DNA of 64,000 bases from Octopus sinensis (GCF_006345805.1 NC_043000.1:47430001-47494000); one strand, 5' to 3'; shown: positions 13,772-28,113, numbered from the stretch's first letter. The notes: a model not told the origin generated them from the sequence alone. A program made the numbers and translations.

Positions 13772-14482
13772 TTACCTCTATGTTATAATTTTATAATTTA
13801 CCTTTTGATTGCACCGACATAAATGCTCCAGAAATTATCATCTTCAAATTTATTTCAGGATATTGCATTCTTTTTGGTCATTTTAAACAATGATACTAAT
13901 ATTTTTTCGTATACATTTCTTTAACATACTATTGTAAAGAAACTAATACGGAAGATAAATCTATTCTTTAATTGTTTATAAATCGGTACTTCAATTGTAA
14001 CCTTCTATTTAGTTAATAGCAACGCCTCATTATTCTTAATTTTACCTTTTATTCTCGCCGTCATTTGCCAGTACCCACTTGTACTCCAAGTTATATTTCT
14101 TTATATAATGAAACTATATGCCTAATTGTAGCTCTATTGAAATATACTCTTCCACATACAACACAAATTCAATATTTACCTAAAGCCTTCTTTATTAAAT
14201 GTTATCTCGCATATAAAGGCTATATAGATACGATCTAAATCTTACCTACAATTTATACCTCACTTTATCTAACTGAATGAAAACACGGCTCTTATAAGAA
14301 TTCCTTTACAATTAGATGCTCGTATCTATTTTCTAAAAGTATGTCAATAATTCAATTAAGCCTCTTGTTGCTATCATTTGAACAAATCGCCAGCAACCAT
14401 AATTACTTTGTACATAACATTTTCCCCTCTTCTACATTGATTTTCCTCTTGTCTAATATTATTTTTCCTGTATATCCATACA

Positions 14483-14513
<31 letters not shown>

Positions 14514-15675
14514 CCTACATATATCTTCTTACACATCCTAACAGTTATTATTGTATCCCATAATAACAATAATTAATTCTCTTCCTCATAAATTCCAACT
14601 GTTGTTAACTACACTTACCTTTACCTTCCTTAATAACCGTCTTTATTTCACGTAACTTGGTTTTCTGTTATCTATACTACTCTCACAATTTTTTATTCAT
14701 TAACCTCTCGCTTTATAGTTCCCATTTTAGTGTGTTTCATTTCAATAATCATGAACAATTTCCTTCCCCCCATAACTGAAAACAATTTATAAGGCTTCAA
14801 TTTCGTTATCATCACATTTAAGGGACTATCTACACTTAAAATGTTATAGCTGCAGAATATAATTCCCTCTCTGTACTGTAATCAGGCACCTCTAGTTTAT
14901 GCATTAATTTGCTTGGATTTATAGCGTTTTTATGTTTACATTTTTATACATCTCCCACCAATAAACCACGAATATTATTTATTTTTAGAAAATGTTTTCG
15001 CTGTAGAAACTGTAGTCATGTATATCATTTTTGAGAAATAAATAAAACAAAATAAAATAAACAACGGTCATGAAGAATGAATGTATATGGCTAATCGTAA
15101 TCACTAATAAAATAACTCAATGTATACGACTCATAATATCCAAATAAATCCGCACAATGTAAGTAAGGGTCTATGCAGTAGTAAACGAGTTTATGATCAC
15201 GTGGTGTTTTATGTAAATCATCTAAGAGCAATTTGATAAGATATCCAATTAAATCGAGTGGTTTCAGATTCAAGATTATGTTTAAGTTAATTATGTATTA
15301 ATTTATAAAGCAAATAATTAAAGATGATGCTATAAATATATGGATTAAATCAAACTTATTCGCTAATATTTCTAGGCTACCATCACAAATACTTTCATAA
15401 CTAAGAATTTTGCTCTGTCAATAAATAAGTATTCTGTAGTGCACAAGAAATACATTTTCCTTATTTAATATTTATTACATTTCAACACTTGGTTTGGTTA
15501 TCCTTAATTTATAACTGGACGAAATGAATTAGTGTCCAATTTTCAGTATTATGCATGTCTTCTCTTTTGAAATCCCCTCAATAGAGGTCTCTTATAGTCT
15601 AAGAATTAGAAAAAAAGTTCGTTATGGCATTGATTCTGAAAGAAAGCGTATGCATGTAATGTATGTATGTATATG

Positions 15676-15739
<64 letters not shown>

Positions 15740-15821
15740 GAGTGATTAGGCAAACGAAAGAAGAGCACTCAACACATTTTTGGGGAGTTATATGTATGGT
15801 ATACACACACACACACACAGA

Positions 15822-16600
15822 GAGAGGCTGCAGTGAATAAACTGTCAGCTAAATTACGCAAAAACGAAAGTAACACTGACAGTTCATTTTGACAGATATA
15901 TTTACCAAAATTGCATAAAGAAATCTTGAAATACTAAAAAGAAAATTTAGTCATTAAAATGAACATTGGCTTCAACCACACCCTCCAGACAACTTCACAA
16001 TTTCCTGCAACTCTTCTGGACGGTCTCCTTATTTAAGGTAGTGAATACTGTCATAATCCTTGCCTTGAGTTCATCTTTGGTGTTACAAGGAGTTTTGTTG
16101 GTTTTTCGCTTAACTGCGCCCCACGCATAATAATCAAGGTGGTTGCAGTCTGGGGAATTAGGTGGCCAGATTTTAGGGCTGATGTTGTCTCAGAAATTGT
16201 CTGATAGCCATGAGTTCTACTGTTTGTGTGTGGCATGGTACAGAGTCTTGTTGCTAGGCGTGGGATCTTCCAGCCGCAACCCTCTTCATACAAGGCAGCA
16301 TTACCTCCTCCAGGCACTGAAGCCATGTGGGAAGATGAATGGAGGCATAACGTCGCCATTACTAGTGATCACGCCAAACACCATGATGTTGACTGGATGT
16401 TTGATTTTTATCACTCTCGTTACATGGCTTTAGATTGCACTGTTCTCAGATTAACACCCAAACTCTGAAATGTTCGTATTGGAGTTTCCGATGCGTGTCG
16501 TTTTCAGATTTCTGGTGAATTGCGTCATAATGCTGTTTTTCTCACTGCCTAACCGAACCTTACTGTGTAGTAGGGTCAAAATCAAACAATGCGCATTCAC
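15822..16600 (-). mobile_element. DD37D (maT) deletion derivative with 3' TIR
   Basis: KIKHPVNIMVFGVITSNGDVMPPFIFPHG..IWPPNSPDCNHLDYYAWGAV..TKDELKARI; TIR-like cagtgaataaactgtc matches the TIR at 22381-22398. Confidence 0.88.
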
Positions 16601-17854
16601 AAAATGATAAATATTAGACAGAAAAAATATTAGACAGAAATAAAGAAAATCAATACAGTCATTTTTAAAAGATTTAAACGAAGTTCAGTTAGATAGCATT
16701 AATAGTTTCATAAAAGAATTGATAGCAATTAAATACAAAAAAAATGAGTTGACAATAAAAGAACTAATAAAATGAAATAGAATGGTGTAACAGTAAATTA
16801 GACAAAGAACATAATTAATAGGTACTAATGATATTTGCAGTAAAATGTTAAGTAGTTAGTTTGTTATAAATACTTACCTTCAAAAGTCAATTATATAAAA
16901 AAATAATAAATGGCGTGACTGAGCTTGATTATTGGGACTGCTTTAAAGCATTGAAACTCTGTTCGATCCAACGCTAATGTGAACACAATATCCTTTGTCC
17001 GATGTGATGAATATACTGTCAGCATTGCCTAAACGACCATAACATCAAGTTTACAAGTCACCCAAAGCTAGGATCCTGCACCATCCTCCCCTACACAAAT
17101 CAATCTCGCAACAGATAACCACACTGAAATACATTTACTTTACTTCAGCGGACCCTGCTCTATGCAATTATTATCTCAAAACCAATAAAAAAAGAAGAGT
17201 CCATAAGCTTCAAATGATATCTGAATAAATTTCTTCAAAGAATATCAGACTAGTCCTCTTTACCTAGCTCTATCTCATCCAACATTTCCATATTCCAATG
17301 TACCAAGCTACCACAAAGCTAGACTTTAAAATCATTTAACTGATTCTATTTGAAGAATCTGTCAAGTTAGAGATAGCGTGGTCTAATTTTGTCCGAAACC
17401 TAAGTTTATGTTTTTTTTGGGGGGGAGGGGGGCGGTTCAGAATTATTTTTATATCTGATTGCTGCTCAGGAATTAAATTCGTTTATTTCAGTATTATTTA
17501 AACCTTATTCAATTGAGCTGCAACCGACTTTCTATTGCAATATTTTTCTGGCCTCACCACCTGTCTCCTCCCTTCTCTCTTCCACAGTTCCTTCTTCGAT
17601 TAGCTTATTTTTCATCAAAACAATTTCAACTAACAACATATTTTCCTTCCTTTATTCATGTTTTTATTGGGTTCGTTACTCTAACACGTGTTCTTTATTT
17701 CTTTCTCTTTGTCTAGAGATATCTCTTTCACAATATAACGATAGAATAGCAGCTTCAAACCAATATCTACACCTGAAAACGGTTTTTAAATTTCGTATGT
17801 ATCAAAAATTTAAATATCAACTACTTCAGAACACCCTCACAATGTGGAACTTAC

Positions 17855-17933
17855 TGAAAATAGCTTTTTGCTGAATGTAGATCCGAAGGAATTCTCTTCT
17901 CTCTTCTTTTCACGATTACAACGTTAATTACGA
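17855..17933 (-). CDS. Candidate internal coding exon of an unidentified gene: (x)VINVVIVKRREKRIPSDLHSAKSYF
   Basis: Very strong acceptor tttgtttcttttttcttcatcAG and perfect donor GTAAGT; only one of three frames is open (phase 1 to 2); hydrophobic run followed by a basic cluster. Confidence 0.5.
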
Positions 17934-18676
17934 CTGATGAAGAAAAAAGAAACAAAGCGGAGAAAACCACGCATTCTTTGAATTTCTTTCAGAATTAATT
18001 ATTTTTCATCTGTAAGAAATGTCTCGGTTCATAAATTGTTAAATTAACATGCGCCAAGTTGTTATACTGAGGATTTCTTTAAAAAATGAAATAGTGCTAT
18101 GCCTGATTACCACTGACTAGTAATACACATAGACATACAGACAAACACACACATACATCTATTAACATAAATACTACATACAGAGAAAAAGTGAAAGACA
18201 ATATATCGATACATGAATATCAGATATCGAAATATTCAAATGGATTTCCTGCCCATTAGATGATCGACTAAATCTCTATAGGTGGTGACACAGTAAAGCT
18301 ACAGTCCAATGACTGAAACCGGTAAAAGAATCTTTCTATAATAATAAAGCAGGAAAATAAGATTGTTCAGAATTAGTTTTACATCTAGTTTATTTCATTT
18401 ATGCTGACAGAATTAATTTTCGTTATAGATATGAGATTTAACCTTTGCCCGAATTATCGTCTACATTACAGCTGTTTTATCTGTACCTTCATTTCATGAA
18501 TGTGGAACATATTGAGATTATGGAAAAGAAATCAAATGTGATAAATGCTATTTATTTCTATATTTATTATTCTATTGATGTGGAAGAGATAAAAGGCAAA
18601 GTGAAAATGATCAAGACTTAAACAAAGAAACAAACAGAACATATAATATACATTCATACATACATACATACATACA

Positions 18677-18710
<34 letters not shown>

Positions 18711-20829
18711 CATACATACATACATACATACATACAAACACAGAAGTACACATGCATACGCATATATATATATATGTATATATATATATACAAGCGCATA
18801 TACGTATGTATGTGAGTAGGTATATGTATGTGTCTGTTTATATTTATGCACACACGCACACTCATACACACACCCACACACACTCACACATATATCATAT
18901 TGGAATGTTGATGACGTGTGCGGATTCTTGTTGAAAGCTGTGAAGGCAAATGTTGTATCTACATTGATCCAAATTCAAACATTATTTGTGAATTCTCCAC
19001 GGCCTAATGTAAGAATAGTTACTGTAATGTTCTGAAGAAATATATTTATGTATTGGAAAGTTAGAAAGTGGTTGAGATACATTCAGATAGATTGTAATAT
19101 CTACTATCAATTATTGATATCTTAACATTAATGCACAACCATATCTTTGTAGTGAATGGTACAGTCACTTCAACGGCCACGCAAACGCTTGCACAATCCT
19201 CCCCGAAAGGATGAAAGATTCAGTTATCTTTGCCATGATATGGTCTCAGAATACTTAAAGGAACGTAACTAAATACCACAAAGTATTTGGTTGGGGAAAT
19301 CTATATTTCGGTGACTAAACTATCCTACAACATTGTAATATTGAATATGAAAGTCTTTCATTTTATATTTGCGATTTTGTCACAGATATTCCGTGCAACG
19401 AGTTGGCAGGAAAAGACGAGAGCACAAAACTAAATCTTTAACGATATTTGAAATTTGTCCTTCCCTGTTAACACAAATCCTGTCCCAACTTGTCTTTACA
19501 TCTTATTTCTTTAAGATCAATAAGTTGCTTTAACTTCAAAAGCATGATTTCAGATTTAAAAAAAAACTGATCGAGCACATGCAAGAGGCAATTTATTTTA
19601 TATAATTTTTACAGTTTTTCTTTACTTAGTTTTTAAAGCAAATAAATGAAATAAATAATCCTAGAACTCTGAATAATTTAAATGTAAAGTATTCGATTCA
19701 ATTGGCATGTATTTTCCTGCTTTTATTTTTCTTATGTAATCATAGATAGCTTCAGGACGAGACTGACACATTTTAAGAAAATGTGTCAGTGTAAAAGTGT
19801 CGTTACTGGTGTTAAAATATATCATCAATGTCTGGCATAATTTTACTGTAGAACTGGCCATAAAACTGGGACGATCTAATGTTGTGTCAGTACTGATTTG
19901 AGTTGTGCACAGATAATCTTGTCTGATCAATATTGTTTGAGTAACATCAATTTAAAGCTAGTAATTAAATACAGCTACCTGAAATTTAGCAAAATTTGTT
20001 TTTGTTGTCTTCTATTTTTTTATGAAACAGACAACATCCAGCTTTTTACTATATCCATTACGACAAAAAATCTTTTGCACTATCCATTATCCATTAGAAA
20101 AAAATTCAGCTTTTCAAGTGAACTTTAAATTATAACCTCTAGTGTCACAGCTGGTTAGATAGAATAACACACTGCTAACAAAGTGTTGATAGTTTTGGGT
20201 GATGTCCCAGACACTGTATCGTGTCATTAGTTAAGACACTTCACATGTAGACGATATTCAGTTAATTATAAATGTAATGTAGTTTAGTCCGAAATGAAAA
20301 TGTCTACGATCTAGAAGGTTCTAGCCACGACCATCCTGTCTTTCTTTTTAAGAATTGTATATCAAATGTTATATTGACTAGTGTAGTCCTCGTTACCATA
20401 TCTTTCTAAGTGGATAGGATGTGAATCAGGGAAAATGTGGCTGCTATGCTTCGTAGGTAGACTGACCTTATGGAGCAACCGTTCTTGGTTGGAGATGAAC
20501 GCGTGTACTATGTGTCGGTAACATGGTAACGTTTTACGTTTGTAAACGAAAAGGCCGCAGCATAATTTCTTTGCTTGCAGCAATAAGTTCAAAATCTAAC
20601 TCGAGGAGAAAATTAATCCAAAACACATTAATGTAATTCGATTTCATATACCAAGAGCTCTGTTTCATTTTGTCTTCATATTGTTGGGTATCCAGCGAAT
20701 ACCTACCTATAAAACATTTACACTTTAACTCCGATAAAGACAAGAATGTCTTTTAATCTTCCTCAAAAACTATTAAGTATATTTGTGTATAGCTATGTAT
20801 CGGTGTTTACGACAGAAATATATCTTCTA

Positions 20830-22060
20830 TTAGGTCATCAAGTATGAAGTTTGACAATCTTTATTTTTTGTTAGAAAAGCTGACACATCTATTTCTTTAT
20901 TCTAACTCATTTTGCACTTTATAAAATATCTATAAATCTTTTTGTTTTGTTTTGTTTTGCTCTTTTTCCTTTGGAGATGGATAAGTCGGGCATTCGTACA
21001 GTTTTGAAATATGAGTTCTTTCCTGGAAAAACAGCATCACAGACAGCTCAGAGTATTAATGGAGTATTTCATTCTAATGTTATTACACAGCAGACACTAT
21101 CAAATTGGTTTGCAAAATTTCGTTCTTGTAACTTTGACCTCACAAATGAGCAACGCGGTCGACCAGAAACAAAGGTGGATAATGACGAACTGAAAACCAC
21201 CGTCGAGCCAGATTAATTTCAAAGTGCCTGTGAATTATCGTTGTTTGGTGTTTGCAAGCAAACAATATTGACTCATCTAGTTCAAATCGGTAAAGTGAAA
21301 AATTTGGATAAGTGGGTTCCACATGAACTCAATGAAAATCAGAAACAGAAACGTTTGGAAGTCTGCATTATGCTACATTCTCGTAAAAAAAATGAATAAT
21401 TTTTTAATCGAATTGCAACATGTGATAAGAAATGGATCCAATACAACCACAAACGTTCAGCACAATGGTTGAACAAAGACAAGCCACCAAAACACATTCC
21501 AAGAAGTAAAATTTACCAAAAGAAGCTGATGGTGTGTTTAATGGTCTGACATAGGTACGATTCACTATGATTTCATTAAACCTGGCTCATTAATCACGGC
21601 CGAAGTATACTACAGCCAGCTGGACTAAATGATGCAGAAACTTACCAAAGCAGCCTAGATTAGTCAACAGATCCACTCCTAATTTTATTGCATGACAACG
21701 CCAAACCACATTGCAAAAATGACATTGGCGAAACTACACGAGTTGGAGTTGGAAGTTCTCCAGCATCAACCATACTCACCTGATCATGCCCCCACTGACT
21801 ACTATTTATTCCAGAATTTGGATAACATTTTGATAGGAAAAGAATTTAATTTCGACGATGCTGTTAAACAGGCCTTCCAAGATTTTATTGACTCTAGATT
21901 GCCAAGCTTTTACAGCTCCGGGTTGGACAAGCTACTGTTGAAATGGCAAAAGTGTATTGACAATATGGGTGCTTACTTTGATGAATACAACTATTCCTTG
22001 TATTTATAAAACATTAGCAAACTTTTATTTCTTTTCTACAAATTTAATACTTGAGGACTA
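20830..22060 (+). mobile_element. Near full-length DD34D mariner with inactivated transposase
   Basis: ATG at 20977 (MDKSGIRTVLKYEF); motifs WVPHEL, TCDKKW, HDNAKPH and YSPDHAPTDY; TIRs ttaggtcatcaagtatgaagtttg and caaatttaatacttgaggacta with TA flanks; several stops and frameshifts. Confidence 0.95.
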
Positions 22061-22180
22061 TAGGCACAATGCCTGAAATATCGGGAAAAGGGGCTGATCA
22101 ACTATATCGACACCGGTGTTCAACTGGTACTTATTTTATCAACCCCGAAAAGATTAAAAACAAAGTTGACTACGACGGCA

Positions 22181-22398
22181 ATGTTAGTATTGGAGCGTCC
22201 GGTGCGAATGCCAAGCAGCACAGCATGCCGTTTCCAAATTTCTGGCAGAGGGAATTGCGTCGTAATGCTGCTTTTCTCACAGACGGTGGTCAACTGACCT
22301 TACAATACTGTGTAGTAGACAAAATCAAAAGCAAATAATGCGTACGTGCAAACAAAATGAAAAATATAAAATGATGACAATTTACCCATCGCACTCTG
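22181..22398 (-). mobile_element. DD37D (maT) 5' fragment with TIR
   Basis: TA-CAGAGTGCGATGGGTAAATTGTC terminus, then LPEIWKRHAVLLGIRTGRSN. Confidence 0.8.
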
Positions 22399-23149
22399 TA
22401 TAAATGTGTGCATATGCTACTTGTGTAAATCTAATTGGTGGCAAAAATTAGGTTTATATGAACTAAGTCATTCTACGATGGGCTGATAAAAAGAAAAACA
22501 GAAATGTCTATCTAGCGATGTCTGGATTTCCTATCAGAATAATAAGGTATGGCTACATCTGAAGATTATATCTTTTCTCTAGCGTTCTTAACACGATGCA
22601 GAACCTCGCCACCTTAGGGGGCAACCAATCAATATAGCGACCGACCACCACGTTTTTAAACAATCAATAGAAATTGTTTCAATGCAGGAACACATATAAC
22701 GGTTGTACCTAAGAATAACAGAATGATTTTATGAAACAACTTGACCCTGTGCAGTACAAGCCGAGGAATTAAAGATCAAAGATCCTATCCTGAGTTACCA
22801 ATGTTGTAATCCTTAAGGTACACTACATTAGGAAACAGAACGGTATTCTGAACTGAAGAAATATTAGATTCGTGGGAAAAAAAATTAGTATCTCAGGATA
22901 GTAATGATGAGTATGCATTACTAACTCACAATTTACTTAATTTTTTCTGAATTATTTCAATCAATCTATTTAGTTTCTGTCAATTTCTTCACTTTACTCA
23001 ACTTACCTAGTTTATCGTTTGAAGAAAACGTTGTGTTGTCGCCTAGATATTAAAACTTGAGCAATCAGCAAGTCTTCCAATTGATATTTATTTGTTAATT
23101 TAATTTTTGTATTGCGGCAGTGTCAAACTTTTCATCATATGTATTTATC

Positions 23150-25250
23150 TGTGGCAGATACGCTTACTCGTTTAAATAATACTCCATGCAAACATGCCTG
23201 TCTATAGCAATTACAGACTCACAATTAATATTTTTCTACTGAAGGATATTGCGTTGCGGAGAGTTTTAGTATGTGAAACTTTTCAGCTATGCAAATTCTA
23301 CACCTACACAAACCGCTGGAATATAAGGTAGTTCTGCCAATAAGATTTTGCAAGTCATCATAGAAAAAAGTGTAATGCTATTGGTCTTTTAGAGTCAACA
23401 TAAATCCGGTTGAAAAAGTTGATTTTTTCATGTTCCTGTACCTAAAGAAGTACAGACATTGACTGTAACGCCTTTTAAAACCGTCAAAAGTAAATCCATT
23501 TTAGTCTCTCTTGATACTAAATTGTGAAATTTGTGCTTGATACACAGTTTTTTGGAAAGACAATATCTTCTGGGCAAACAAGTAATTTGATTTTGGCGGA
23601 TGTAAGATGGCTGCTGAAGATTGATGGTGGACGCGATGTTACCCAGAGAAGAATAGCTAAACTTAGTGTATATATTAAATAGCTTATGGTATTTGTGCAT
23701 TGGCGAGAAGCGATGCCCAGCGTTATAGGAAATTCCTGGTTATATTCGCGAGAATATTTGAATTGTGAGTGAGCTTAAACCAGATGACGTTTTTTTTAAA
23801 TATCCTCTCATTTGTAGGTATTCCTTCGTTAAACTAGCTCCCTACTGAAACCATTCCTGTCTAATGCTTCATTACAAAATAGGGCTGCAATAACATTTCT
23901 TATTGTACTTGGGGTGGTTGGAATCTTTTGTGAACCTATAGTCTTTCGTTTTGCTTTATAATTAGGTTGCATACCCATGTTATTTTCTGAAGTAGTATCT
24001 AGAAAGTTAGCTATTATACGCTTGTAATAATAGTATATTTATGGCAAACTACTTGAATATGTCTGTCAAATCGTTCCTAGACTTTTCAACGCTTACGGCG
24101 ATTGAGATTGCTAGGTCATCGTTTCTGTATAGATAAGAGCTATATTAAGAGTTTCGGTTTCTAACACCAACGTCTCAAAATCATTCACTTAATCTTTGTT
24201 ACCATTCCTTTTTGGAAATGGCAAACAGTAGAATATTCCCCTTTCTCGAGACAATTGGACTTGCCATGTCATAATATCACTATACTAATGTCTAGGTTGT
24301 TCATCATGATGCATTATTGTCCGAAGTACAACGCTTTCAGGAGGAGAGATTTGAATGTAGCTGGTTAAAAGTTCACCATATCGAAGCTGTAATATTTTCA
24401 ATGGCAATGAATCAAAACCACAGACACTGCAGTTTGATTTAATCAATTCACACATTTCATTTTTAGGTTAATGGAATCAATGATGCGTTTACTGACTATT
24501 CGTAAACTATTCGGGGCGTTTTTTTTGGGGGGGGGTGATGTAATTGTTTATCTTATACTTGGAGCTGACGAAAGAGTATATATTATAATCCGTATGACTA
24601 ATGAGAGGTTGTCTACGTTATCTTCCCACTGAGCGGTAGTTTACAAGGCCATTTTTTCTGGTTGTATGACTAATTCCTTTAATACAGTTTTGTAGTATAT
24701 ATTGATGATAAAGTATGTTGAAAGACTACTGTTTTTATATCTCGATAATGCTGCTTGCGAAAACTTAGTGTACTTTCGATGCTAATTCATTTAAGATCTT
24801 TGTCTTTGCTATACAAGAAAGATCGCTGATGGATTGTCTTAAGTACGTCAAAAATTGTTCGTCATACTTTTCAAAGACTTTCGAAGTCGGATACGAATTG
24901 TTCTGTTTTTGATTTTGTGATTTATACGTACATGTCTGCAGATGGTCCCTAAATCACTTACACCACTTAACGATAACCAGACGAACAGCAAAGGTTTCAC
25001 TATTTACGACCTGAAGATACATTATAATCAATAACTGCACACATTTCGGTCGAAGAACAGAGAAACTTTCTTAAACGATTTATCTGAAGGCTCAAGATTC
25101 AATGTCAACACTACCTTGAAAGAACTATATAAGATTATTTCAGTTTCTGAGCTGATTAAAAAGCTTTCGACTTTGTTCATATGATGAGAAGGAAATTATG
25201 AAACTATCCGCAATAGATTTCAGCAGAAAGTATTGGATTGAACAGCACCT
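23150..25250 (-). mobile_element. Near full-length decayed EN+ Penelope-like element (RT followed by C-terminal GIY-YIG)
   Basis: Ordered degenerate motifs: KVESFL (~25.17 kb), FDMVNF*PATFKSLLLKALYF (24385), YRNDDLA (24129), FLDTT, SNHP, NVIWF (23789), HKYHKLFN..FSYSSLGNIAS, FKRRY, KIL...PY, RCRICIAEKFHIL (~23300). Confidence 0.8.
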
Positions 25251-25502
25251 TGATGGGTGTAAACGACGAAATCAGCTCTAGCGTTTATTCTAAATCTGCT
25301 AATTATCCTATCGATCCCAAGTGTCAAACCGGGAATATAAACAAATCAATGTCGGTTGTTAAATAGTGAAAGATAAACAAACAATGCAACACAAACACGT
25401 GCATTCATATATATGAGTGTATCTGTGTGTATAGTTGAATGAATATATGAATATGTGTGTGACACATGCCTCTCTCTCTCTCTCTCTCTCTCTCATTATA
25501 TA

Positions 25503-25532
<30 letters not shown>

Positions 25533-25590
<58 letters not shown>
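25533..25590 (+). repeat. (GATA)n microsatellite
   Basis: Seen directly. Confidence 0.95.
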
Positions 25591-25761
25591 GAATTAGAAA
25601 AAAAAACGCCTTTTATCAATTCAGTAATGAACTAACTAAATTGTACCATATAGAAAAAAAAATTACATCTTATTGAAATTTTCTCTATAAGTTTAGAATA
25701 ATAAATCCCTAATATTATATATATACATACATACATACACATACGCACACACACACACACA

Positions 25762-25811
<50 letters not shown>

Positions 25812-26431
25812 GAATAGAAGGAGAGAGTAAAAGTGACAGACAGACAGATAAACAGACGGACAGACAGACTATCAGACAGTCCAAACAGACGGTTAGCCAG
25901 AAGTAATAGGCTCTGCACATTGTCACTAAACCAAATTCTCTCACAGCTCATCTATCATCACTGGCCTACAGTAGAAAACGTCCAATGTGTCGTGTAACGG
26001 AACAGAACACGAAATAATTTGATTACAAAGAGAGCTTTTGCCTATTACGTGCTTATGTCATATATGTTAGAGTGATATTTATGGTACGTATAATTTTCAA
26101 CAAATAAAGAGAATTCGATAAACAGAAAATTCAGTACGCTAAAATCGAAAATTTGCTTTTGGTTTGATGACTTCCATGCGATAAAACCAAATATTAAACT
26201 GTTATTCAGTACAATCAGCATGTTGCGACGCCAGACTAAACGAGACCTTCTGTATCCAGAATACTGTAAAAAGACCTATATAAACACAAATATATATACG
26301 TGTGTGTGTATGTGTGTTTGTGAGTGTATTTCATAATTTCATAAATTCAATAACAGAAAAATTATACCGACGTATAATCACAAAATCACACAGAGTAAAC
26401 TTTGTTATATATATATATATATATATATATT

Positions 26432-28054
26432 TAGTGTAATAAATAAAATATATGCATACATTCAAACATATATGTACGTACCGACATCTACATGTATATA
26501 TACATGCATATATAAATATATATACGTGAGTACAGGACACCACAACTAGACGTAGAACTCGACGAAAAACGAAAACGGACAGCCATTTTTTTACAACAAA
26601 ACAACAGAGACGAAACGAAAACGGGAAGACATTATTTTTTACAACAGAAAAACAAGGTACAGGACACACCACACAAGGAAAAAATCCCCAATCATTAGCT
26701 GTCACTAGCAGACTCAAGCGTGTTTCGAAGGCAAGACAGGACACGACTCGTCAATAAACTAGGCCTTCCTGCGAGAGAATTAAAATAAAATAACCTCGCA
26801 GAGGGGTAAAACGAACACACAAAAATGTAACACAAACGGGACGTAACAATAGAACTGCACAATAAAATACAAGATAAAAATACAAAATTAAAAGTACATG
26901 TACAAGAAAATGCAAAACGAGAGATAAAATACAATAAGAGAAATCAAAATAAACAAGAAAACAAACGAAAAAAACAAACTAAACTAAGGCCTTTGCTCTG
27001 GCTGGGACGAAAGAGGTACTGAGGAAAAACATGACCTTACGGCCTGAAAGCAACGTGCAAAAGAATTAGCAGTGACGAAAGTGCGGAGTAGTGTGTGTGA
27101 GAGAGAGAGAGAGATAGATAGAGGAAGACACGCGGCTGAGAGAAGAATGAGGAAGAGGGAGAGAAAGAGGGGAAGGTAAAGCAAAGGGAGAGAATTTCGC
27201 GTCATAATTATATTATAAAACAATACTGGTAGGAAAAAAGAGACGGAACGAAGCGAAAATTCGAAACGGACCACGACGCAAGGCGCTGTTAGAAATAGTG
27301 TAATAAATAAAATATATGCATACATTCAAACATATATGTACGTACCGACATCTACATGTATATATACATGCATATATAAATATATATAAGTGAGTACAGG
27401 ACACCACAACTAGACGTAGAATTCGACGAAAAACGAAAACGGACAGCCATTCTTTTACAACAAAACAACAGAGACGAAACGAAAACGGGAAAACATTATT
27501 TTTTACAACAGAAAAACAAGGTACAGGACACACCATACAAGGAAAAAATCCCCAATCATTAGCTGTCACTAGCAGACTCAAGCGTGTTTCGAAGGCAAGA
27601 CAGGACACGACTCGTCAATAAACTAAGCCTTCCTGCGAGAAAATTAAAATAAAATAACCTCGCAGAGGGGTAAAACAAGCACGAAAAAATGTAACACAAA
27701 CGGGACGTAACAATAGAACTGCACAATAAAATACAAGATAAAAAATTTTTTTTAAATAATGTTTTCCCGTTTTCGTTTCGTCTCTGTTGTTTTGTTGTAA
27801 AAAAATGGCTGTCCGTCTTCGTTTTTCGTCGAATTCTACGTCTAGTTGTGGTGTCCTGTACTCACGTATATATATTTATATATGCATGTATATATACATG
27901 TAGATGTCGGTACGTACATATATGATTGTATGTATGCATATATTTTATTTATTACACTATTGTCTAACAGCGCTTCGCGTCGTGGTTCGTTTCAAATTTT
28001 CGAAATTTCGAATTTTCGCTTCGTTCCGTCTCTTTTTTTCCCCCAGTATTGTTT

Positions 28055-28056
<2 letters not shown>
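26432..28056 (-). mobile_element. Non-coding PLE-like unit: 449-bp direct repeats, 415-bp core and inverted partial copy
   Basis: 26432-26880 matches 27296-27744 (about 11 substitutions by eye); 27754-28056 is the reverse complement of about 27214-27503. Confidence 0.8.

Positions 28057-28113
<57 letters not shown>

Noticed and set aside
19661-19930. 89-aa non-repetitive minus-strand ORF
   Set aside because: Several stop-free runs of this length are expected by chance in 64 kb; no motif and no convincing splice pair.
25160-25200. Plus-strand KAFDFVH, similar to a LINE RT motif
   Set aside because: The same bases are better explained as the N-terminus (KVESFL) of the minus-strand PLE.
26695-26745. 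Permuted (type II) hammerhead in the 449-bp repeat (CTTCGAAAC...CTRATGA)
   Set aside because: Core words are present in family copies, but stems I and II cannot be paired canonically, and G5 is mutated in these copies.
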